Shown: piece after piece, positions 1 to 8,018 of the stretch
Layout: every line of letters starts with the position of its first letter
Numbering within the stretch: the stretch's first letter is position 1
Virus record (IMG/VR): IMGVR_UViG_3300032288_002130
Coordinates: 1 to 52,166 of that record
Origin: a virus
Lineage: Duplodnaviria; Caudoviricetes
Strand: one strand, 5' to 3'
Length of the DNA stretch: 52,166 nucleotides
Translations under genes and position numbers: made by a program
The notes under the pieces: model-generated
Databases searched by the model: none
What the model was told of the DNA's origin: nothing
The model's input: the letters and a program-made list of their open reading frames with translations, nothing else

Positions 1-1743
1 CCTAGTACATTTACAGATGCTACTGATTCGACCAGCACAAGCACAGGGTCGGTTGTTATTTCTGGTGGATTAGGTGTAGCCAAAAACTTATACGTAGGTG
101 GAAACTTAATTGTATCCGGCACTACAACTACTATTAACACAGCTAATTTAAACATTGCCGATAATCTTATAACTTTAAACAGCGATTTTACCAGCGGTAC
201 ACCTACTGAAAATGCAGGTATTGAAGTTAAACGTGGCGCACAAGCTACCACTGCAATTCGTTGGTTAGAAAATGGAACCAGCGGTAAGTGGCAAATTACC
301 AATGACGGAACAAACTATTACGATATCCGTTTTGGTTCAGCAACTATCAGTTTGAGTACAGAAACATCTGGAAATTATGTGGCCGCAGTATCCGCAGGAA
401 CAGGTATTACAATTAGCGGTAGCGGAGCAAGCAATGCTACTGTTACTGTTACTAACGCAGGTGTAACCAGCAACGTAGCAGGTACAGGTATTAGCGTAAG
501 TGGAGCAACTGGCGCTGTTACAATTACCAACACAGGCGTAACTAGTATATCTGCTACAAGTCCAATTGTGGCCAGTGCCAGCACAGGCGGTGTTGCACTA
601 AGCCACGCAAACAGCGGTGCTGTTAGTGGAACATACGGAGCTGGTAATGCTATTCCAGTTATTGCAGTTAACGCTACTGGACATATTACAAGTCTAAGTA
701 CAACGACATTAAGCGCACTACAAACAGTACAAGCAGTCGATAGTGATAGTGGATATTCATGGAGCTCAACTGGAACCAGCGCAGTTGGAACTAACCTCCG
801 TGTAGTCAGCGGTACTGGTATTGACGTTGACGTAGATACTGCTAACGTTGCTTTACGTGTAACTAACACTGACAAGGGTAGCAGTCAAAGTATTTTTAAA
901 AATATTGCGGATAGTGGCGGCACAGTACAATTCAGTGCAGGATCAAACAGCGACAATCTAAGATTTGCAGGAGGCGGCATTGCTAGTGTAAGTTTTAATA
1001 GTACCAATAAGTCAGTAACTATTACAGCAACAGAAGCAGATACATTAAGTAGCGTAACTGGCCGCGGCAATAGTACAGGTAGTGCAATCAGTATTACTAA
1101 TACAACAGGTAGCTCAGGTACAACTACTGGTGCTTTAGTAGTCAGTGGCGGTATTGGAGCAGGCTATAGTAACTTTGCTGGCCTAGGCACAACTGCAAAA
1201 ATTACACCGCGTATGACAGGTGTGTCATTGGCCTCAGGCAACAGTAGTCAACTTGAAATTAACAACGCAGGTAGCGGAGCATGTAACATCAGTTTCCATA
1301 GAGAAGGCGTATACGGTGCTCACTTTGGTTTAGACACCGATAACTGGTTCAGCACATATGGCTGGAGTGCAGGCTCTGGTTATACAGCTATGCGCCACGG
1401 TGAACTAGATGTTCGTGGCGGCATTACTGCTACAGGCGAAGTTACTGCTTATTCGGATGTTAGACTAAAAGAAAATATTCAGTTAATTCCAGATGCTCTA
1501 AACAAAGTCCTTCAACTTCGTGGTGTAACATTTACTCGTATTGACACTAAAACACATGGCACTGGTGTAATTGCTCAGGAAGTACAAAAGGTATTACCAG
1601 AAGCAGTTAAGGTTGGACATGAAGATGATATTCTAACTGTTAACTACGGAAGCATGGTAGGTCTATTGATTGAAAGTATCAAAGACCTTAAAGCAGAACT
1701 AGATGCTGTAAAAGCAGAATTAGCAGAATTACGCGGCCAGTGA
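1..1743 (+). CDS. Tail fibre protein with C-terminal intramolecular chaperone (peptidase S74-like), 5'-truncated by window edge
   Basis: Frame 1 is open from base 1 (PSTFTDATDSTSTSTGSVVISGGLGVAKNL...), so the CDS extends beyond the ORF-track start at 352. Gly/Ser/Thr-rich repeats; C-terminal YSDVRLKENI...GVIAQEV...VNYGSMVGLLIESIKDL plus coiled coil is the typical S74 chaperone signature. Confidence 0.88.
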   Translation, partial: PSTFTDATDSTSTSTGSVVISGGLGVAKNLYVGGNLIVSGTTTTINTANLNIADNLITLNSDFTSGTPTENAGIEVKRGAQATTAIRWLENGTSGKWQITNDGTNYYDIRFGSATISLSTETSGNYVAAVSAGTGITISGSGASNATVTVTNAGVTSNVAGTGISVSGATGAVTITNTGVTSISATSPIVASASTGGVALSHANSGAVSGTYGAGNAIPVIAVNATGHITSLSTTTLSALQTVQAVDSDSGYSWSSTGTSAVGTNLRVVSGTGIDVDVDTANVALRVTNTDKGSSQSIFKNIADSGGTVQFSAGSNSDNLRFAGGGIASVSFNSTNKSVTITATEADTLSSVTGRGNSTGSAISITNTTGSSGTTTGALVVSGGIGAGYSNFAGLGTTAKITPRMTGVSLASGNSSQLEINNAGSGACNISFHREGVYGAHFGLDTDNWFSTYGWSAGSGYTAMRHGELDVRGGITATGEVTAYSDVRLKENIQLIPDALNKVLQLRGVTFTRIDTKTHGTGVIAQEVQKVLPEAVKVGHEDDILTVNYGSMVGLLIESIKDLKAELDAVKAELAELRGQ

Positions 1744-2124
1744 TCGGCAAGCTACAAACTTGCCTTTCCAGCGTTTTAACTTCGGCATCCAATATAAAGC
1801 CGCTGGCTCGTATTCTTCATATTGGGAATAATATTGACACCTGCTCATGTCTAAGTCACAGGCACGAATTAAACTTTCTCTGAAGTCGTGATCATAAATT
1901 AGTTGCTTTGATACTGCTGTAGGATTTTCTATATTAAAGCAATGAGATACTTCAAAGTACCATCTTTGAACATAACTGACATTGTCCCGGTAAAGTCGAT
2001 TAAGATAAGGATTAAAAAATTGTTTAGACCAACAATGAAGAAGATCTATACTTCTAAATTCGACTAGTTTATACTGCGGCTGAGCGGGCGGCGTAATAGG
2101 GAATGGTATTACTTTCGCTGTCAT
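1729..2124 (-). CDS. Hypothetical protein
   Basis: 131-aa ORF at the end of the minus-strand gp14/gp15/Nudix run; no recognisable motif. Confidence 0.6.
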   Translation of the reverse strand: MTAKVIPFPITPPAQPQYKLVEFRSIDLLHCWSKQFFNPYLNRLYRDNVSYVQRWYFEVSHCFNIENPTAVSKQLIYDHDFRESLIRACDLDMSRCQYYSQYEEYEPAALYWMPKLKRWKGKFVACRSLAA

Positions 2125-2560
2125 AATCTTTTGTTCTTATATGTTTGATCATTGCATCTAATTTGTTTCTAAAACTTTTACTCAGCAATAAATTTCTAGC
2201 ACCCTGATGCAATGGTTTGGGCCATTGACCTAAATTAATCCAGCAGTAACCTGCACTTTCGTGATTAATATTTGGAATGAATTCTTCTTGAACTACACAA
2301 CAAAAACTGTCATAAACAAATCCGCCGTCTTTGCTTTTATATTGATGCAATGGATATACTTTGATTAAGTCGGGAACAAAACCAACTTCTTCTTGAATTT
2401 CTCTCATTAGTGTTTGAATGGGTCGCTCACCTTTTTCTCTTTTACCGCCCCATAGGCTCCATGTTAAAGGAAAACTAGAATCTGTACTACGCAACTGCAT
2501 TAACACTCTGTTAGTGTCTATGCTATAAAAGATTGCACCAGTTGCGCTAATAGTTTTCAC
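2069..2560 (-). CDS. Nudix hydrolase
   Basis: Complete Nudix box GKREKGERPIQTLMREIQEEVG (GX5EX7REUXEEXG); 4-nt overlap with the upstream gene. Confidence 0.9.
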   Translation of the reverse strand: MKTISATGAIFYSIDTNRVLMQLRSTDSSFPLTWSLWGGKREKGERPIQTLMREIQEEVGFVPDLIKVYPLHQYKSKDGGFVYDSFCCVVQEEFIPNINHESAGYCWINLGQWPKPLHQGARNLLLSKSFRNKLDAMIKHIRTKDYDSESNTIPYYAARSAAV

Positions 2561-3906
2561 AAATACAGTCTCCAGTAACCTTCTTTATAAATGCCTTGAT
2601 AAACATCGATCCATTCGCCGCCAACCCATTTGTATTTTAACATTGTGTTAGCATTAGTAACAATATTTAGTTCCTGTTCTGTTTGACTGTTAAATGCAAC
2701 ATACCAGTTAGTTCCATTGAACTCGATGATATCATTGGCCTTAGCTCCTACATTATTCCACTGAGGAATATTAGGAGTATCTGCAACTAACAAGTAACGT
2801 TGTCCTATAGCCGCGTTAGGCAAATTACCAGTACCGGGTGCATTTTTACTAGGATCAATAATACCATTGACTAAGTCTAGTGTGTCGTTTGGCATAGTAT
2901 TTTGGTCAATAGTAAAATGTAGTCTAGTAGGATCACTGTCATAGGCTATAGTGCCAATGATATCTGTATCTTTGAATCCTGGATTTGGAGATTCGCTGGG
3001 CCTTAGTCTAAGTTGACTAACTCCAGGACGAAGTTCTCCGTACGGTTTAATTTCGTTTAACCATTCTAAGCCAACATTTTGTCCTGTGCTGTTTAACAGA
3101 TATACTTTATTGCCTTCTACTTCTATTTTGCGATTTTCATAAGTCAATACCAGATATGATTTAGTAGTTGGTTCGTCGGTGGTAAAAGTTTCTGGAAAAG
3201 TATCTAAATCATATCCGCTAGTAGCAGTTTGAATGCTACCTATAATGTTATAGATAAGAACTTGACGTTTAACTTTAGCAGGAGGATTGATCCAAATTGG
3301 CATTATAAAAGTTACTGTAGCAAAATCTAGTTGCTCGTCATTGCCTACTGGTAAACTACGATTACTCCATTGCACATTAGTCATTTCAACGTAAGTTAAA
3401 GCACTCCAATCAAACACGTTTCCGCTACTGCGAATATTAACACCAGGATTAAATGCCACTGCCAATTGCTCTAAGATCTGCATTTTTTGGTCAGTATTAC
3501 TGGTACAAATGTCGCAAACAACTTCTAAATCATAAGGTACTGGCATATAGCGTTCAACTGTATAAGTGTCACCGGTACTGCTTTCATATACTCCGAGATT
3601 TTTATTGTAAGTTTTTTCGTAGACTTGTACTTTGTCTTGATAAGTAGGATTGTTTCTGCGAGCCGAATTCATACTAAATGATTGAATATGAACACTGATC
3701 ATGGGCACAGTATTCAATGCATTTTCACTGTTATTGGACAATATATGTGCTACCATTCGACTAGTGTCACCGTAACGCACAGGAACTCGTTGAAAAATTT
3801 CTGTGCCATTTTTATCTACACCCATGCGAACACTTAGTCCTGCAAACAGGCGCATAAATTGTTCTAGATATCTTTTTATCTGCTGATCATAAAAAAACTG
3901 TTGCAT
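2557..3906 (-). CDS. gp15: Tail terminator / sheath stabiliser (T4 gp15-like) with C-terminal extension
   Basis: N-terminal FFYDQQIKRYLEQF...RVPVRYG...PVPYDL...QILEQLAVAFNP resembles gp15; lies directly after the gp14-like gene; about 200 extra C-terminal residues. Confidence 0.72.
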   Translation of the reverse strand: MQQFFYDQQIKRYLEQFMRLFAGLSVRMGVDKNGTEIFQRVPVRYGDTSRMVAHILSNNSENALNTVPMISVHIQSFSMNSARRNNPTYQDKVQVYEKTYNKNLGVYESSTGDTYTVERYMPVPYDLEVVCDICTSNTDQKMQILEQLAVAFNPGVNIRSSGNVFDWSALTYVEMTNVQWSNRSLPVGNDEQLDFATVTFIMPIWINPPAKVKRQVLIYNIIGSIQTATSGYDLDTFPETFTTDEPTTKSYLVLTYENRKIEVEGNKVYLLNSTGQNVGLEWLNEIKPYGELRPGVSQLRLRPSESPNPGFKDTDIIGTIAYDSDPTRLHFTIDQNTMPNDTLDLVNGIIDPSKNAPGTGNLPNAAIGQRYLLVADTPNIPQWNNVGAKANDIIEFNGTNWYVAFNSQTEQELNIVTNANTMLKYKWVGGEWIDVYQGIYKEGYWRLYL

Positions 3907-4913
3907 TAGTTGTCCGCCTTAGGTTTTCTACTGGTAACAATCTTACTAAGGGCTTGTCTTTCTTCAAACTCGCGTTTGCCAATGGCTGTAAGATTTTCGT
4001 TATTAATAAATCCACCGGCATTAATTGTTTTACTGGTCCATGTACTAGTATCAATATTGTCGTACATTCTATGCCAGCGTTTACCTCTGAATTGGAATAA
4101 ACGATGCGGTTTAAAGTCATTGCGAATATACAAGTCACCTTGATTAGGATCTAACGGAAAGCTGTCGCCAATGGGCACCGGTTGGCCAGGCTCCCATCCA
4201 GGAGTTTCATCTGCATAGTTTACTAAATGCTGAGTCAATGGAGTTACTGTCGGACTATTAGATTCCGCTTCAGCAACAATAGCATCTGTAATATCCAATA
4301 AAGTGTTTAGTGTTCCTTGATTAGCAGTAATACTATCGGGATCATTAGGATCGCCTAAAATTTGTTTGTATTCTTGACTGTCTGTTAACGGTACACATTT
4401 AACACGCCAAATATGCGGCCACCAAGTAGGACTATATCCCTCTTGACCTTTGGCCGCATCTTGCACAACGTAAAACTTACGCATAGGCGCTTTGGTAGTA
4501 TCTAATGCTGTATCATCAATTTGATGTGGTAGCTCTAGTACATCACCTGCCATGAGTTTTCTGCCCATGCGAGCTATCATGTCGTTGATATGAAAAGTAA
4601 TAAAAATTGTATCAGTTTGTAAAAATAATCCAAACTGGCTAAGGTCAAAATCAGCATCGCTTACTTGGTAAACACCCCTAAGCTCATAGATATCCTGTTC
4701 ATACTTGCGGTCCCTGTTTTCCATGAAAATAACGTCTTGAATAGTAATTTCAGGGATGTCTTTGTTTTTTATCTTTTGATCGCTGACATCGGGGCCCAAG
4801 TACTTGTGTACATAAACACCAGTACCACCTATTTCAAACTGATTTTTTACGGCACTATCAATGAAATAATAGTCCTTACTTTTATAGTTTCTCCAAAGCG
4901 ATAAACGTGCCAT
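3906..4913 (-). CDS. gp14: Neck / head-closure protein (T4 gp14-like)
   Basis: FDLSQFGLFL...DTIFITFH...GDVLELP pattern; ATG at 4913 with AGGA RBS and a TAAATA box upstream (ORF track start 4931 is a TTG). Confidence 0.68.
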   Translation of the reverse strand: MARLSLWRNYKSKDYYFIDSAVKNQFEIGGTGVYVHKYLGPDVSDQKIKNKDIPEITIQDVIFMENRDRKYEQDIYELRGVYQVSDADFDLSQFGLFLQTDTIFITFHINDMIARMGRKLMAGDVLELPHQIDDTALDTTKAPMRKFYVVQDAAKGQEGYSPTWWPHIWRVKCVPLTDSQEYKQILGDPNDPDSITANQGTLNTLLDITDAIVAEAESNSPTVTPLTQHLVNYADETPGWEPGQPVPIGDSFPLDPNQGDLYIRNDFKPHRLFQFRGKRWHRMYDNIDTSTWTSKTINAGGFINNENLTAIGKREFEERQALSKIVTSRKPKADN

Positions 4914-4931
4914 TTCTTGTCCTAATAGCAA

Positions 4932-4937
4932 TATTTA
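4932..4937 (-). promoter_or_regulatory. Late promoter box TAAATA for the gp14-gp15-Nudix operon
   Basis: TATTTA on + strand about 20 nt upstream of the gp14 ATG; same box precedes other virion genes. Confidence 0.6.
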
Positions 4938-4943
4938 CCTAAA

Positions 4944-4972
4944 TTGACTTTAATAAAAGTATGCGTTATAAT
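4944..4972 (+). promoter_or_regulatory. Sigma70-type promoter
   Basis: TTGACT-17 nt-TATAAT; ATG 7 nt after the -10 box. Confidence 0.75.
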
Positions 4973-4978
4973 AGCAAA

Positions 4979-5236
4979 ATGGAAATCAATACCAGCTTAG
5001 ATTGGGCCAGCGTAAGTGCAAAATTGCGAGAAAACGCTAGTGCAGTCGGATCCGATCCAAAATTTAACAAAATGTTAAAACATTTGGATGACCTTGTGCG
5101 TGTAATAAGTAATTTGGAAGTTGAAATCCGTAGAACCAAAAAAATCCCGTCAAACTATCACAGTTTAGTATCCAAAATTAACGAAGAAATTGCCGAAGTA
5201 GAAATGATACTAATGCTAGCGGCACTTTACAAGTAA
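4979..5236 (+). CDS. Hypothetical helical protein (probably leaderless mRNA)
   Basis: ATG at 4979 (MEINTSLD...) preferred because the 4961 ATG lies inside the promoter spacer. Confidence 0.7.
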   Translation: MEINTSLDWASVSAKLRENASAVGSDPKFNKMLKHLDDLVRVISNLEVEIRRTKKIPSNYHSLVSKINEEIAEVEMILMLAALYK

Positions 5237-5265
5237 TTGACAAAAACTTATTTTGACTATATAAT
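5237..5265 (+). promoter_or_regulatory. Sigma70-type promoter, perfect consensus
   Basis: TTGACA-17 nt-TATAAT, then GGAG RBS and ATG at 5288. Confidence 0.85.
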
Positions 5266-5287
5266 ACTACTTTTACCGGAGACCTGA

Positions 5288-6436
5288 ATGGCAACTCGTA
5301 AGTCTGTAGACCCTAATACCAAACATTTTCCAAAACAAGTTCATGCTAGAACAGGAGAAGCCAAATTTGTAGGCGACGAACCAGTATGGCACGAAATGCC
5401 CTTTAATCGTCAATCCGGATTGCTACGAGCATTAAATTGGTATAATTATAACTGCGACAGCAAACAGGCCAACGAATTTGTCTATCAGTTTCTAGCGCAA
5501 TATCCTAAGCGCAAAAAACAAGCAGATTATTTTAAAGCCAACGGCAGTATTCCTACTACGTTCGGCTGGCTAGCCCGTATGATTCGTATGGGTTGGAAAC
5601 CTACGCTGACTGAGTCAAAACGACTAGTTAAAGCAATTTCTGCCGCTACCCCCGAGACAGTTAAAAAAGTAGAAAAGAAAACTGAAGTAGAAACTTACAA
5701 GCCCAATATTCAAGACCGCTTGCGAGAAATGATGCACGAATGTGCAGGAGACATTGAAGGTGGCATTGATGACTTTGTGCTCAGCGGTTGTAAAGAAGAT
5801 AACATTAGGGCATTTGCTATTTTAAAACAGCACAATTTGCCACAGGTCCAGGCAAATAAAATGCTGACTATGTTTACTCCTAGAATTGCTGAAATTGCAG
5901 AAACTCTCGAAGGCAAAGACAAACAACTAGTAGAAGGCTACAGTAACTTTACTAAGGTACAGCTCAAGGCCCTGCTTAAAGCCTACGGACTAATTGTTAA
6001 AGATATTGAAAGTTACGTCAATACCAAAAAAGTAACAAGAAAGCCTCGCTTGGCCAAGCCCAAGAGCGCGGAAAAACTCACAGCTAAAATTAAGTTCAAG
6101 AAAGAAGATACTGCACTTAAGGTAGTATCGGCACAGCCAACCCAAATTATTGGGGCCAGCGAAGTATGGGTATTCAATACCAAAACACGGAAACTAGGTG
6201 TATACGTAGCAGACAGCATCACGGGGCCGTTGGGAGTCAAAGGTACTAGCATTACTGGTTTTGATACAGCTTCTAGCATTCAAAAAACTATGCGTAAGCC
6301 CGTAGAACAAGTTAAGGAGTTTATGGGTATGACCAAAGCCGGTGCTAGAAAATGGCTTAAAGGTGTACGTAGCGTAGACACAAAACTTAACGGCAGAATG
6401 AACGAAGATATTCTAATTCTCCGCGCATTCAAGTAA
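5288..6436 (+). CDS. Hypothetical basic early protein
   Basis: 382-aa Lys-rich ORF with own promoter and RBS; no catalytic motif recognised. Confidence 0.8.
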   Translation: MATRKSVDPNTKHFPKQVHARTGEAKFVGDEPVWHEMPFNRQSGLLRALNWYNYNCDSKQANEFVYQFLAQYPKRKKQADYFKANGSIPTTFGWLARMIRMGWKPTLTESKRLVKAISAATPETVKKVEKKTEVETYKPNIQDRLREMMHECAGDIEGGIDDFVLSGCKEDNIRAFAILKQHNLPQVQANKMLTMFTPRIAEIAETLEGKDKQLVEGYSNFTKVQLKALLKAYGLIVKDIESYVNTKKVTRKPRLAKPKSAEKLTAKIKFKKEDTALKVVSAQPTQIIGASEVWVFNTKTRKLGVYVADSITGPLGVKGTSITGFDTASSIQKTMRKPVEQVKEFMGMTKAGARKWLKGVRSVDTKLNGRMNEDILILRAFK

Positions 6437-6449
6437 CGACTCCAAGAGC

Positions 6450-6457
6450 TATAAATA
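6450..6457 (+). promoter_or_regulatory. T4-type late promoter TATAAATA
   Basis: Exact T4 late consensus, followed by TAAGGA RBS and the gp13-like ATG. Confidence 0.8.
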
Positions 6458-6475
6458 GTCAATAAGGACTATATT

Positions 6476-7213
6476 ATGGCTCAAAGAGATAAAGTAATTG
6501 ACGAATTAGAACGCCGTTTAGGCGGTAGCATGGTCGACGTTGAACTAGACCGAGAAGACTATGATTTGTGTATAGATAAAGCTCTCTCAAAATTTCGTCA
6601 ACGTTCCAGCCGAGCAGTGGAAGAAGCTTATCTTGTTTTAGATTTAGAACAAGGTAAAAGCGAATATATTTTACCTACTGAAGTTATGGAAGTAAGGGTA
6701 ATATATCGAAGGGTTGCGGGTGGCTTGGCCACAGCAGGACAAGATATCGAGCCTTTTGAAGCTGGCTTTTTGAATACATATTTGCTTAACAGCGCACGAG
6801 CCGGCGGCCTTTTAACTTTCGAACTTTACAGTCAATATCGAGAACTAGTAGGACGTATGTTTGGCGCCCATGTTATTTTTAATTGGTACCCACAGCGCCA
6901 TACCTTACTAATTCATAGAAATATTAGAGCAGACGACAGCGTAATTTTACATGTTTATATGCATCGTCCAGAAGAATATTTGCTAGACGATCCATACGGT
7001 GCTCCATGGATCAAAGACTATGCACTTGCACATTGTAAAATGATATTAGGACAAGCTCGTAGTAAATTTGCACAAGTTGCTGGACCCGGCGGTGGCACCA
7101 CACTTAACGGCGATGCACTAAAAACCGAAGCTCAAGCCGAAATCGAAAAGTTAGAAACCGAACTAACCCAATACATCGAAGGCGGAACACCATATACATT
7201 TATTATTGGTTAA
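6476..7213 (+). CDS. gp13: Neck / head-tail adaptor protein (T4 gp13-like)
   Basis: RRLGGSMVDVEL start; WIKDYALAHCKMILGQARSKF...PGGGTTLNG...EIEKLE C-terminus characteristic of gp13. Confidence 0.85.
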   Translation: MAQRDKVIDELERRLGGSMVDVELDREDYDLCIDKALSKFRQRSSRAVEEAYLVLDLEQGKSEYILPTEVMEVRVIYRRVAGGLATAGQDIEPFEAGFLNTYLLNSARAGGLLTFELYSQYRELVGRMFGAHVIFNWYPQRHTLLIHRNIRADDSVILHVYMHRPEEYLLDDPYGAPWIKDYALAHCKMILGQARSKFAQVAGPGGGTTLNGDALKTEAQAEIEKLETELTQYIEGGTPYTFIIG

Positions 7214-7234
7214 ACTTGTTCTTGTAGGAAATTG

Positions 7235-7274
7235 ACCCCGGTGCTAAAATATATTATTCATACTGGGGTTTTTT
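7235..7274 (+). terminator. Hairpin plus T-tract after gp13, overlapping the promoter and RBS of the dNMP kinase gene
   Basis: ACCCCGGTG (7235-43) pairs with TACTGGGGT (7261-69) using two G-U pairs, then T run; TAAAAT in the loop. Confidence 0.5.
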
Positions 7275-7916
7275 ATGATTATCGGAATTTGCGGTTTTAT
7301 TGGTAGCGGTAAAGATACTATTGCAGATTATCTAGTTAACACACACGAATTCAGACGAGAAAGTTTTGCTAACACTCTTAAAGATGCAGTTAGTTCTGTG
7401 TTTAACTGGGATAGGACGTTATTAGAAGGACGAACTAAACAGGCCCGTGAATGGAGAGAACAGCCCGACGAATGGTGGAGTAAACGTCTAGGACGAGAAA
7501 TTACACCCAGGTGGGTATTACAGTACTGGGGCACAGAAGTTTGCCGTAAAAGTTTTCATGACGACATTTGGATTGCTAGTTTAGAAAATAAAATTAGACA
7601 GAGCCAAGACAATGTTGTTATCACCGACTGTAGATTCCCTAACGAAATTAAAAGTATAAAATCTGCTGGCGGATATATAGTTAGAGTAAAAAGAGGCGAA
7701 GAACCCGAGTGGTACGATGCGGCCCTTAGCTACAACAAAGGCGAATGGTCAAATATGACTTGGGCTCTGAGCAGGGGTAGATTACAGCAATTAAACGTTC
7801 ATGCCAGCGAATATTCTTGGGTTGGTACGGAGTTTGATTTTGTGTTTGATAACAACTCGACGCTAAGTAGTTTATACGATCAAGTAGAATTAGCCCTAGA
7901 TACGATGCAGGCATAA
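7275..7916 (+). CDS. gp1: Deoxynucleoside monophosphate kinase (T4 gp1-like)
   Basis: IIGICGFIGSGKDT P-loop, SFANTLKD, TPRWVLQYWGTE, VITDCRFPNE motifs. Confidence 0.92.
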   Translation: MIIGICGFIGSGKDTIADYLVNTHEFRRESFANTLKDAVSSVFNWDRTLLEGRTKQAREWREQPDEWWSKRLGREITPRWVLQYWGTEVCRKSFHDDIWIASLENKIRQSQDNVVITDCRFPNEIKSIKSAGGYIVRVKRGEEPEWYDAALSYNKGEWSNMTWALSRGRLQQLNVHASEYSWVGTEFDFVFDNNSTLSSLYDQVELALDTMQA

Positions 7917-7938
7917 TTCTAAAAAACCTATGTTTAGC

Positions 7939-8004
7939 TAAATAACCCGGTTTTCCGCTAGGTAGCGATAAATATTTGGACATCCAAGTATTTGGACCTA
8001 AATA
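7939..8004 (+). promoter_or_regulatory. Three TAAATA late boxes upstream of tail sheath
   Basis: TAAATA at 7939, 7969 and 7999. Confidence 0.6.
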
Positions 8005-8018
8005 GAGGAAAACACAAT

